64,000 nt of DNA from contig JABHXA010000001.1 in NCBI GenBank assembly GCA_018657495.1, positions 39,832 to 103,831 of the forward strand, written 5' to 3'. The notes beneath the pieces were generated by a model that worked only from the letters and a program-made list of their open reading frames with translations, was not told the origin of the DNA and ran no database searches. Position 1 is the first letter of the stretch, and the number at the start of each line of letters is the position of its first letter. Position numbers and translations under genes: made by a program. Positions 20,431 to 29,137 of this stretch are shown piece by piece. This stretch comes from Fidelibacterota bacterium. GTDB taxonomy: Bacteria > Fidelibacterota > Marinisomatia > SCGC-AAA003-L08 > JACNLC01.

Positions 20431-22137
20431 CTATTGATTTAGTTTATCCAATTCGGTTTGTACAAACTTCATCAATTCACGGATATTCTCTGACGAAAAA
20501 TCGAATTTAATATTCATTGCATTCCACACTTCAGGTAAAGGTTTGCTTGATCCCAAAGTCAACCCTTTGATATATCCGTCCAGGCCTGCTTTTGGGTCTT
20601 CGAGGAAATTACGATAAATCTGTAAAGCACCGAGCTGGGCAATCCCGTATTCGATATAATAGAATGGAGAACCAAAAATATGACTCTGTCTCTGCCAGCC
20701 AAATCTTTTAAGTTCTTCGTATCCAGTCCAATTCACCAAACCTGTACCAAATCGATCGGAAAGTTCAGCAAAATACTCGTCCCTTTCCTCAGGAGTGTGC
20801 TCTGGATTCAAGTATATCCAATGTTGAAAAGCATCGACAATCGCACACCATGGAAAGAATGAAATTATTCCTTCAAGATGTTCTTTTCTGGCACGAAGAT
20901 GATCGGCTTCATTATAATATTTATCCCAGTGGGGGGTGGTCATTAATTCCATACTCATACTGGCAGTTTCGGCCATTTCAGCAGGTGTATTTCTGTAATA
21001 AACCAGTGGTTCATCATTGGTAAGGAATGTATGCATGGCATGTCCGCCTTCGTGCATCATGGTAGTTACATCTCTTTGTGTTCCCGCTGCATTCATGAAA
21101 ATAAATGGCATCCCAGTTACCTCAAGGGGATAGTTATATCCACCGGGGGCTTTTCCTTTTCTAGAATCTAAATCAAACAGGCCGTTTTTGTTCATTTCCT
21201 GCAGATTTTTGCTAAAATCCGGATGAAGTTTATCAAAAATAGATATTGCACCATTTAATAGTTCATCGCCTTTGTCAAAAGGTTTTAGTCTGGTCTGACC
21301 AGCCGGTTCACCGGCAAGATCCCAGGGTCGGTAATCCCCATCTTTGATTCCCAACTTATCCCGATGCTTTCTGGTAATCTCCCTGGCAAGTGGAACGACA
21401 AACTCTTCAACTGCCTCTTGAAATTTCTCAGCATCAGCGGTGGTATAATCAAATCGATGCAAGCTGTCATGCTGATAGTCCCGATAATTTTTATACTCTG
21501 CATTTAGAGCAACTTGATTTCTCAAGTTAACCATTTCATTGAATAATCCATCCAGATCTTTCCTCACGGTAGCTCTTGAGTCCCAGATAGCCAACCAGGC
21601 ATTTTTTCTTTCTTCACGGTCATCCGATTGAAGTTTCACCGATGCCTGCGGCATTGGGAGTTCCTTCCCATCAATCGTGGCCATCAATCCACCTGTGAGC
21701 TGATCTACTTTAGAGGAGCATTTACTAATTTTTGCGAATAAATCAACATTTTCCTCGCGGAATAAATCAAGATCTCGTTTCAGGGCTTTCCTGAATTGGT
21801 TGAATCGCTCAGGATCCAGTTCTTTAAAAAAGGCATTTGATGCGATTTTCTTTTCGACCTCATTTGAAGACTTACTCATCTCAGGGGCAATCTTTGTTGA
21901 GAAATTTTCATATTTTTCAACATATGATTTATCATCTGTATGGCAGGACATATTGATATATGACCAGGCATATCGCTCATAAAATACCGAAGTTGCGTCA
22001 GAATAATCCTGGATTAATTTTTGGACGTCATCCTTGGTTTGAATGTCCCTGCTGATCATCATTTCAAAATAGGGTTTAATATCTTCCCAATTTTCAATGT
22101 TTAGATTTCCGGGGATAAAACCGCTGGGTTTATACAT
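20431..22137 (-). CDS. pepF: M3B oligoendopeptidase F
   Basis: Zinc motif HEGGHAMH, 568 aa, family-typical C-terminal PFYYIEYGIAQLGALQ. Confidence 0.9.
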   Translation of the reverse strand: MYKPSGFIPGNLNIENWEDIKPYFEMMISRDIQTKDDVQKLIQDYSDATSVFYERYAWSYINMSCHTDDKSYVEKYENFSTKIAPEMSKSSNEVEKKIASNAFFKELDPERFNQFRKALKRDLDLFREENVDLFAKISKCSSKVDQLTGGLMATIDGKELPMPQASVKLQSDDREERKNAWLAIWDSRATVRKDLDGLFNEMVNLRNQVALNAEYKNYRDYQHDSLHRFDYTTADAEKFQEAVEEFVVPLAREITRKHRDKLGIKDGDYRPWDLAGEPAGQTRLKPFDKGDELLNGAISIFDKLHPDFSKNLQEMNKNGLFDLDSRKGKAPGGYNYPLEVTGMPFIFMNAAGTQRDVTTMMHEGGHAMHTFLTNDEPLVYYRNTPAEMAETASMSMELMTTPHWDKYYNEADHLRARKEHLEGIISFFPWCAIVDAFQHWIYLNPEHTPEERDEYFAELSDRFGTGLVNWTGYEELKRFGWQRQSHIFGSPFYYIEYGIAQLGALQIYRNFLEDPKAGLDGYIKGLTLGSSKPLPEVWNAMNIKFDFSSENIRELMKFVQTELDKLNQ

Positions 22138-22172
22138 ATATATCCTTTATATCACTTAAAATAGTTTGAAGC

Positions 22173-23210
22173 TTATGAAGCTGATTCCAGAAACTTGGTC
22201 TTTTGATCCTGAAAATATTGATAATCCGGGCTGATTTTAATGGCCTTTTCAATCGCTTCAACTGCTTCATCAATTCTCCCAAGTTTCCAGAGAACTTCTG
22301 CTTCAGTATCAATGATGTTTGCCTGGGTATCCGGTTTATCAGCAAGTAATGATACGGCGTGACGAACCTTCACCAGAGCTTCATCAAGCTGAGTCTCCAA
22401 TTCGGTCATCCGCCATGCAAAAGCATTCAAGGCGGAATAGTCATCCGGGTACTTGTTTGACCATTCGGTTAATACGATTAATTCATTTTCAGTATCTTTT
22501 TCAGAAGCATAAAATCGTGAAACTTTTGAGTATGCTTCATAAACATATTCTGAAGAAGGATAAGCCTTAATGAAAGATTCTATCGGTGCTTTATCTCCAT
22601 CATAGAATTTTTTCATGGCAAGATAATATCTGGCTCCGTTAATTTCTTCTGAGACATTTCCTGGGGAATTCACTAATAATTTTTCGTATAGTTCTGTTGC
22701 CCCATCATCATTTCCCATCTCTACATATTTACCTGCAAGTGCTGAGAGTAATTCATTGTTATTAGGGTCATTTGTCAATCTATCCTTTAAATCAGGTAGA
22801 GTGTTATTTCCGTCCAGAATGTCCTGTACACGAACGATAAAATCATCTGGTTTTCTGTATCCGATAATGCGATCAATTTCATCTTCATTATTATTGACGA
22901 AAACCATTTGGGGTACACCATTTATATTATATCTTTCAGCTATCTCTTTTCCAGGCTCTTTGCCAGCATTTATCTTTATGCTTATAAACTGTTCAGAAAA
23001 TTCAATTACATTGCCATCTGAAAATGTATCGGCATCCAGCCGAGTACACCATACTCATGTATCAGTATAGAATTCAAGCATTACCAGGCGATTGCCTGAT
23101 GTGTTAATTGCTTCCTCAAATCCACCTTTAAACCAGCCGATTGAAGAGGGCGCTTCGCTACAAGATATCAACAGAAAGAGTAAACTGCTGAATAATAAAC
23201 CTTTTTTCAT
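22173..23210 (-). CDS. Candidate selenoprotein: thioredoxin-fold (UxxC) + TPR lipoprotein, read through an in-frame TGA at 23057..23055
   Basis: ORFs 23055..23318 and 22173..22907 share one frame and are separated by one TGA only. The joined sequence ...RLVMLEFYTDT-U-VWCTRLDADTFSDGNVIEFSEQFISIKINAGKEPGKEIAERYNINGVPQMVFV... matches the FYxDWCGWCK thioredoxin-like layout, with TGA at the first Cys. Start ATG 23210 (MKKGLLFSSLLFLLISC lipobox) is preceded by AGGAG. The C-terminal ~190 aa are TPR-like. Confidence 0.7.
23025..23048 (-). promoter_or_regulatory. Candidate bacterial selenocysteine insertion sequence (SECIS) hairpin downstream of the in-frame UGA
   Basis: RNA: UGA GUAUGG [UGUA C UCGGC UGGAU GCCGA UACA]. 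It has a 9-bp stem (4+5) with a bulged C and a 5-nt loop UGGAU. The stem starts 6 nt after the UGA, and the loop is ~16 nt downstream. Confidence 0.5.
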
Positions 23211-23394
23211 AAAAACTCCTGTTATTTTAGTCCGAAACTTAAATATTAATTGTTTCATTACCGAATTGAAATATTTACTTTGTCGTGCATCTGATATTTT
23301 ATTCCGCATCAGCTTCATTCACAGAGCACCATTGACAATTATATATAGAAAGCTATCGAGTGTCAAACAGACAATTCTGAGCAATAATTTTCTT

Positions 23395-23420
23395 TTTAGA
23401 CCGCTTCTGATTTAGACCGC
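23395..23420. repeat. Tandem direct repeat TTTAGACCGC x2 (16-nt period)
   Basis: TTTAGACCGC at 23395-23404 and again at 23411-23420, separated by TTCTGA. It lies in the intergenic region between the NSS symporter stop and the selenoprotein-candidate start. A third TTTAGACCG occurs at 34242-34250. Confidence 0.9.
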
Positions 23421-23462
23421 ACAAGAAATGTTACGATCGTTGTACCAGAAAAATTAAATACC

Positions 23463-24851
23463 TTAGCTGAAATCTTTTCCAAAAATCACAGAAATTATCA
23501 CGGCTAAAATAGCCACAGGTGCAATAAACCGGATAAAGAATTTGAACATGTTGTATGTGAAGTTTACTGATCCGTCATCATTGAATTTACCAACTTCATC
23601 CTGTATAATCTTTTGATCCATAAACCATCCAACAAAAATGGTTATGAATAATCCCCCAACAGGAAGCATCCAATTAGAAGCCAGATGATCCAGCGTGCTT
23701 AAGACACCTTCTTTCCCCGGACCAAATATTGAAAAGGATGAAAGCGCATCCACTGCACCAAGAGATAACGCGCAAAAGATTGATATGACATATGTTGTAC
23801 CGGCACCAATTAGGGTAGCTTTTTGTCTGGACATCTTCATCTTATCAATAAGAAGGGATACAATTACCTCCAGCAGTGATATAGTCGACGACAGGGCTGC
23901 AAAGCCAACCAGGATATAGAATACCGGGGCCAGAATTGTCCCGAAAGGGATTTCTGTATAAAGCAGATTTGGTAAGGTAATGAATAACATCCCTACTGTT
24001 GATCCGGATATGCTATCCTTAACGCTAGGTACGGAAAAGATGATAGTATACATAATAACGCAAGCAGCTATTGCTAAAACAGTATCTAGAATTACCACTA
24101 AGGCAGCATTTTTAAAAATTGATTCTTTTTTGTCCATATAGGATCCATAGGTTATCATCGCTCCCATACCTAGGGAGAGGGTAAAGAATGCATGACCTAC
24201 AGCCTCAAGTATACCAGATGGTGGAAGATTTGAAAAATCAGGTGAAAAAATGAATGAAAATGCCTCGTTGCGACCTGGTAGACCCAGTGCCATTATCACC
24301 ATGTATACGATGATAAGAAAAAGAATTGGCATGAGGATTTTTGTGGCTCTTTCAATACCCTTCTTTATTCCTTTGGAAATTACTCCTGCGGTGAGAGCTA
24401 AGAATATAAACGATAAAAGCAGCTGTAGTTTGCCATTACCTATGAACTCGCCAAACGCTCCCTCTTCTGGGGCAGTATATCCATTCATACTCCAGTTCAT
24501 ACATGAGATAAATGATGTGATTGTCCACCCGGCAATGACAGCATAATAACCAAGAATAACCAATCCTGTTAAGACGCCAAGCCAGCCAATGAGACTCCAA
24601 TTAGATCCGCCAAGTTCATCAAATGCGAGAACTGGATTCTTTTGCGATTTCCTGCCGATGAGAATCTCAGCAGTCATGATTGGCCATCCGATAAGGATAA
24701 CTGCAATTAGATAGACAATTACAAATGCCCCGCCATTATTGTGCCAGGTGATATAAGGGAATTTCCATAAGTTTCCTAACCCAATCGCTGATCCGCTTGC
24801 AGCCAGAATAAATCCTACTCTTGAACCCCATTGTTCTCTGTTTTGACTCAT
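23463..24851 (-). CDS. Sodium-dependent transporter, neurotransmitter:sodium symporter (NSS/SNF) family
   Basis: N-terminal W-x-S-R-x-G-F-I-L-A-A-x-G-S-A-I-G-L-G-N-x-W-K-F-P-Y signature (WGSRVGFILAASGSAIGLGNLWKFPY). About 12 TM segments. Confidence 0.9.
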   Translation of the reverse strand: MSQNREQWGSRVGFILAASGSAIGLGNLWKFPYITWHNNGGAFVIVYLIAVILIGWPIMTAEILIGRKSQKNPVLAFDELGGSNWSLIGWLGVLTGLVILGYYAVIAGWTITSFISCMNWSMNGYTAPEEGAFGEFIGNGKLQLLLSFIFLALTAGVISKGIKKGIERATKILMPILFLIIVYMVIMALGLPGRNEAFSFIFSPDFSNLPPSGILEAVGHAFFTLSLGMGAMITYGSYMDKKESIFKNAALVVILDTVLAIAACVIMYTIIFSVPSVKDSISGSTVGMLFITLPNLLYTEIPFGTILAPVFYILVGFAALSSTISLLEVIVSLLIDKMKMSRQKATLIGAGTTYVISIFCALSLGAVDALSSFSIFGPGKEGVLSTLDHLASNWMLPVGGLFITIFVGWFMDQKIIQDEVGKFNDDGSVNFTYNMFKFFIRFIAPVAILAVIISVIFGKDFS

Positions 24852-24956
24852 TTTATCCTCTGTTTATAGTGGTTTGTAATGATTAGAAGGACATCAATTT
24901 ACAAAAATATTCGTTGTTTTTAGAAGTGGGAAAAGTTCAATATTTAGGATTTAACT

Positions 24957-26030
24957 TTAAAAATGCTCATTATTGATGGCATCGCACAATGTTTCTATAT
25001 CTTTAATACTATGCGCCGCAAAATTTGCGATTCTAATTTGATCCATTTTATACTTGCCATAACCAAACCCAACCTGCATTCCTTCTGTCATCAATTTTGA
25101 AACGATTCGTTGCGAACCACCCTTCACACTTATTGTACTTACCGATGGCGATTGAAATTTTTCAAGCCCCACAAACATCGATAAATCAGGATGTGCCTGG
25201 ACCATTTTTTTTATCAAATTGAATTTATGCATGGTTTCAGCCCTGATCTTGTCAATCCCCACTGCAATCATATCGTGGATAATTTTTCCTAATAGATATA
25301 TTCCAATTACATTGGGAGTTTCAGGGGTTTGATATTTGCTTCCATATTTATACCAGCTTGAGATGCTGTGATATCGTTCGTCATCTCCGAGGTCATCGGC
25401 GGTTAAGACATCCTGCAGGAAGGTATTTTTCATCAACAGAACACCAAGACCTGATGGTAGACCAAATCCCTTTTGTACTGAGAAAAAGGCGCAGTCTACA
25501 GCAGCAGCGTTAAAGGGAATTACCGGTATCGACGAGACCACATCCAGAATGATTTTCAATTTGGGAGATTTTAATTTTACTGATTCTATAAAGGACAGTG
25601 GTGTAATCACTCCTGTGCTGGTTTCATTATGAGTCAGACACAAGACATCTGCATGTCCAGGGATTTCTTCCATTGGCATGTCAAATCCTTTACCGTCTTT
25701 TCTGAAAAATATGGTTGTGTCCAGGTTTTCTGCCCTGGCGATTTGATAGAAACGTTTAGAAAATGCCCCGTTTACCAAATGAACACTATGTTTGACCAGC
25801 CTGATTTGAAGAACTCGCTCCATCATCTCAGTCGCCGATCCACCAAAAAAAACAGTATATTGATCATTCAAATTTAGAAGTTCATCCAAACCATCCACGA
25901 CCGCTTTGTGGATTTCCTTATATTGATCACTTCGATGTGAGATGGATGTTATATCCAAATCCAATGCGGTGTTTATATGTTTTTTCACAGTTGGATATAA
26001 TTGTGAAGGGCCGGGAGTGAAGAATAACAC
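24957..26030 (-). CDS. Class V aminotransferase, probable phosphoserine aminotransferase
   Basis: GTG start overlapping the serA stop by 1 nt. N-terminal FTPGPSQL. PLP-lysine context FFSVQKGFGLPSGLG. Located immediately downstream of serA. Confidence 0.75.
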   Translation of the reverse strand: MLFFTPGPSQLYPTVKKHINTALDLDITSISHRSDQYKEIHKAVVDGLDELLNLNDQYTVFFGGSATEMMERVLQIRLVKHSVHLVNGAFSKRFYQIARAENLDTTIFFRKDGKGFDMPMEEIPGHADVLCLTHNETSTGVITPLSFIESVKLKSPKLKIILDVVSSIPVIPFNAAAVDCAFFSVQKGFGLPSGLGVLLMKNTFLQDVLTADDLGDDERYHSISSWYKYGSKYQTPETPNVIGIYLLGKIIHDMIAVGIDKIRAETMHKFNLIKKMVQAHPDLSMFVGLEKFQSPSVSTISVKGGSQRIVSKLMTEGMQVGFGYGKYKMDQIRIANFAAHSIKDIETLCDAINNEHF

Positions 26031-27256
26031 TAATACAATATCCTAAAACGAATGCTGTGTTTTACACCTGCCAATTCAGTAATTACCGATCGATTATACT
26101 TTTTGCTGATATCCGTAATTACGTATCCAATATTATCTTTTGTTTTTAGATATTGACCAACGATATTCAAATTGTTCTCGCCCATGATCCTATTTATTTC
26201 GGCGAGGACACCAGGTTCATTTTGATGAACATGAATAAGTCTATGAGCATTTTCAGCAGGCGACAAATTTATTTGTGGAAAATTCACACTCATAAACGAA
26301 TTCCCAGTATTCATGTACTGAATGATATTTTGCGGGACAAATTTGGCGATATTCATTTGCGCTTCTTCGGTACTGCCGCCAATATGCGGTGTAAGAATTA
26401 CATTGGGCAGATTTTGAAGCTCTGATTGAAACGGATCTGAATTTGATGATGGTTCTTCAGGATACACATCTATTGCGGCCCCGGTAATTTTACCTGATTT
26501 TAATGCTTTTACCACTGCAGGAATATCAAGTACAAAACCTCTGCTGAGGTTTAATATCCGAGAGCCCTGTTTCATCCAGCCAATTTCTTTTTCACCAATT
26601 AAATTATGATTTGATTGTTCACCATCAACATGGATTGAGACAACATCAGATTTCTCAAGCAATTCTTTCAATGTTGAACATTTTCGGGTGTTACCAAGAG
26701 ATAACTTCTCTACAATATCAAAATAATAAACGGACATACCAAAAGCTTCCGCAAGTATGGATAACTGTGAACCAATGTTTCCATAACCTACAATCCCAAG
26801 AGATTTTCCCCTGATTTCGTGATTATATGATGCAGATTTATTCCAAATTCCACGGTGCATATCTTGATTTTTGCTCCAGATATTTCTTACCAACAGGATA
26901 ATTTCAGCCATCGCCAATTCCACAACACTTCTAGTATTGCTGTATGGAGCATTAAATACGGCAACACCATGATCGGCACAAGCTTTCAGGTCGATCTGGT
27001 TTGTACCAATGCAAAAGGCACCAATAGCCCATAGCTTTTTTGACTCTTGCAGGACCCGTCTGGTGATTTTTGTCCGGGATCTTAGCCCTAAAATTCTTAC
27101 ATCCTTCAAATTTGTAATTATTTCTGCTTCGGATAATGAACCGGCAATACTTTTAACAGGATATCCTTCGTCCTTGAATTTTGAAGATGCTGAGGAATGG
27201 ATATTTTCCAGCAATAGGGTTTTGATTTTATTCTTAGGGAAGGAAGTGTTGATCAC
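26030..27256 (-). CDS. serA: D-3-phosphoglycerate dehydrogenase with C-terminal ACT domain
   Basis: NAD-binding GIVGYGNIGSQLS, catalytic region LTPHIGGSTEEAQ, ~408 aa with an ACT-like C-terminus (HRLIHVHQNEPGVLAEIN). Confidence 0.9.
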   Translation of the reverse strand: MINTSFPKNKIKTLLLENIHSSASSKFKDEGYPVKSIAGSLSEAEIITNLKDVRILGLRSRTKITRRVLQESKKLWAIGAFCIGTNQIDLKACADHGVAVFNAPYSNTRSVVELAMAEIILLVRNIWSKNQDMHRGIWNKSASYNHEIRGKSLGIVGYGNIGSQLSILAEAFGMSVYYFDIVEKLSLGNTRKCSTLKELLEKSDVVSIHVDGEQSNHNLIGEKEIGWMKQGSRILNLSRGFVLDIPAVVKALKSGKITGAAIDVYPEEPSSNSDPFQSELQNLPNVILTPHIGGSTEEAQMNIAKFVPQNIIQYMNTGNSFMSVNFPQINLSPAENAHRLIHVHQNEPGVLAEINRIMGENNLNIVGQYLKTKDNIGYVITDISKKYNRSVITELAGVKHSIRFRILY

Positions 27257-27274
27257 GGTTCTTTATGATGGAAT

Positions 27275-27769
27275 CTAATTCAGATTCTCAAATAGACCCA
27301 GTTTGGTGTTTTTTCGAACATTATCCCAATTAAAGCAATTGCCATTCATTGCTACAAAAACTCCAGATGGAAGGGTCTGTACAAATGATAGAGCACTGCC
27401 AAGATTGAATAGTCCGTCTGAACTGCCAAATTTAAATGGTATCATAGCACCGGTGAGGATAATCGTTTTATCCATATTTGCTTCACCAAGACATTTGGCC
27501 GTTTCAACAAGAGTGTCAGTTCCATGAGTGATGATGATCTGCTTCTGAGGAATTTCCAGACATCTTTCAATGATATAAGACCGTTGGCTATCGGTCATCT
27601 CCATGCTGTCAGCCATCATAAGGGTTTCAATATCTGTATCTAAATGACAGCGACCTTTTTCAAGCATCTCATATAAATGTGTTTTTTTAAAATACAGACG
27701 ACCAGTCAGTTCATTATATTCCTTATCAAATGTCCCGCCGGTGATGAATATTTTTATGTGTGGTATCAT
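27275..27769 (-). CDS. Short asparaginase-family protein (N-terminal domain only)
   Basis: IFITGGTFDK (TGGT motif) and ITHGTDTL (HGTDT motif) of the L-asparaginase/GatD N-domain. Only 164 aa. Confidence 0.7.
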   Translation of the reverse strand: MIPHIKIFITGGTFDKEYNELTGRLYFKKTHLYEMLEKGRCHLDTDIETLMMADSMEMTDSQRSYIIERCLEIPQKQIIITHGTDTLVETAKCLGEANMDKTIILTGAMIPFKFGSSDGLFNLGSALSFVQTLPSGVFVAMNGNCFNWDNVRKNTKLGLFENLN

Positions 27770-27819
27770 GATTTATCCAAAATTTTCAGGCGAAATTTAA
27801 ATGAATAAATAATGTTTTT

Positions 27820-28314
27820 CTAATGGGTTTTATTATGAATTTTTATCCATTGAGTAAATTGCGCTATCTCACTCAATTGTTCAGTGTAATTGATGGTCCA
27901 CTGAGATTTTATATTATCCAAAGTTACTGGAAAGTAGGTGTCAATATTCCTTACAAGTTTATTTATAATCGTTATATGCAAATCGGTGGCAATAGGGTAA
28001 AAGGATCGATAAATGGAGGCACCACCAATTACAAAAATATTTTCAATGTCTTCATTTTCTAATTGTTGGATGCATTCGTTAATTTTTGAATAACATTCCT
28101 GATCGGGTATATGATGCGAGGTAATAATAATGTTGCGTCTCATGGGAAGTGGTTTGACAGGTAAACTTTCCCAGGTAAGCCGTCCCATGATAATTGGTCG
28201 ATTTAGGGTGAGCTTTTTAAAATTCCTTAGATCTTCTGAAACAGACCATGGCAGCTGGTTTTTTTTTCCAATTCCGCCATTTTCGTCCTGTGCCCATATC
28301 AAATTAATCTTCAA
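27820..28314 (-). CDS. folA: Dihydrofolate reductase
   Basis: INLIWAQDENGGIGKKNQLPW, PIIMGRLTWESLP, FVIGGASIY. ATGA-type 4-nt overlap with thyA. Confidence 0.9.
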   Translation of the reverse strand: MKINLIWAQDENGGIGKKNQLPWSVSEDLRNFKKLTLNRPIIMGRLTWESLPVKPLPMRRNIIITSHHIPDQECYSKINECIQQLENEDIENIFVIGGASIYRSFYPIATDLHITIINKLVRNIDTYFPVTLDNIKSQWTINYTEQLSEIAQFTQWIKIHNKTH

Positions 28315-29129
28315 ACTGCCACTCCAAATTTTATGGGTGGATGTGGATTATAATTCAATAGTTGAAAATCTTCAAACTGTATATCCCAGAAGGGCTTTTT
28401 TTGAATTTCAAGCTGTGGTAATGTTTTTGGAGATCTTTGTAATTGTTCTTTAAGACCATCAATATGATTCACATAAATATGTGCGTCATTAATATAATGC
28501 GAAAATTCTCCAGGCTGTAATCCAGTTTCAGTGGCAATCATTTGAGTCAGTGCTGCATAACATGCCACATTAAAGGGAATGCCGAGAGCAATATCACCAC
28601 TTCTCTGGGTTAAATGACAATTTAACTTATTGCCCATTACGTTAAATATAAAAAATGAATGACAGCTTGGCAGCGCAACCTCATCTAAAACGGAAGGATT
28701 CCACGCAGTCACTACCATTCGGCGTGAATCCGGATTGTTTTTAATCAAATTGATGACTTCCTGGATCTGGTTGATAAATTCACGGCGGTATTCTCCAGTC
28801 TGCGGGTTCAAGTTATACTTTTCCCAGTTTACCCATTGGTAACCATACATTCTTCCCACTTCCCAGTTTTTTTCTTCAGAGGTCCAGGCATCCCAGATTT
28901 TTGTATGTTTTCTTAAATCACGAATATGAGTTACACCGGATAGATACCATAGTAGCTCCCGGATGACCGATTTGATATATACTTTTTTGGTTGTGAGTAG
29001 TGGATATCCATTCTGAAGATCGATTTTATAGTGAGCTCCAAAATATGATATGGTGTCAATGCCGGTTCGATTTTCTTTTCTTAAACCGTTTTCAAGAACA
29101 TTTTTTACTAAGTTCAGATATACTTGCAT
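28311..29129 (-). CDS. thyA: Thymidylate synthase (ThyA type)
   Basis: NRTGIDT, LWYLSG, ALPSCHSFFIFNV (catalytic Cys), SGDIALGIPFNVA. Confidence 0.95.
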   Translation of the reverse strand: MQVYLNLVKNVLENGLRKENRTGIDTISYFGAHYKIDLQNGYPLLTTKKVYIKSVIRELLWYLSGVTHIRDLRKHTKIWDAWTSEEKNWEVGRMYGYQWVNWEKYNLNPQTGEYRREFINQIQEVINLIKNNPDSRRMVVTAWNPSVLDEVALPSCHSFFIFNVMGNKLNCHLTQRSGDIALGIPFNVACYAALTQMIATETGLQPGEFSHYINDAHIYVNHIDGLKEQLQRSPKTLPQLEIQKKPFWDIQFEDFQLLNYNPHPPIKFGVAV

Positions 29130-29137
29130 GGTCTATT

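Noticed and set aside
22173-23318. Reading the 87-aa and 244-aa ORFs as two separate genes or as a disrupted pseudogene
   Set aside because: Neither half is a plausible stand-alone protein. The first stops in the middle of a thioredoxin-fold beta-alpha unit, and the second begins inside it. Only one stop separates them. That stop is TGA exactly at the CxxC first-Cys position, and a hairpin follows. A TGT/TGC-to-TGA nonsense mutation cannot be fully excluded without reads or orthologs, so the selenoprotein call is kept at moderate confidence.
22756-23415. Plus-strand ORFs 22756..23070 and 23092..23415 across the TGA junction
   Set aside because: They are antisense to the thioredoxin-fold/TPR gene, have no recognisable motifs, and would leave the clear Trx-like reading frame unexplained.
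28259-28267. 9-nt homopolymer (T9 on the plus strand, A9 in folA codons GGA AAA AAA AAC) as a phase-variation switch
   Set aside because: It encodes the conserved GKKN of DHFR in an AT-rich genome where Lys AAA runs are common. Nothing suggests slippage, and folA is a housekeeping gene.
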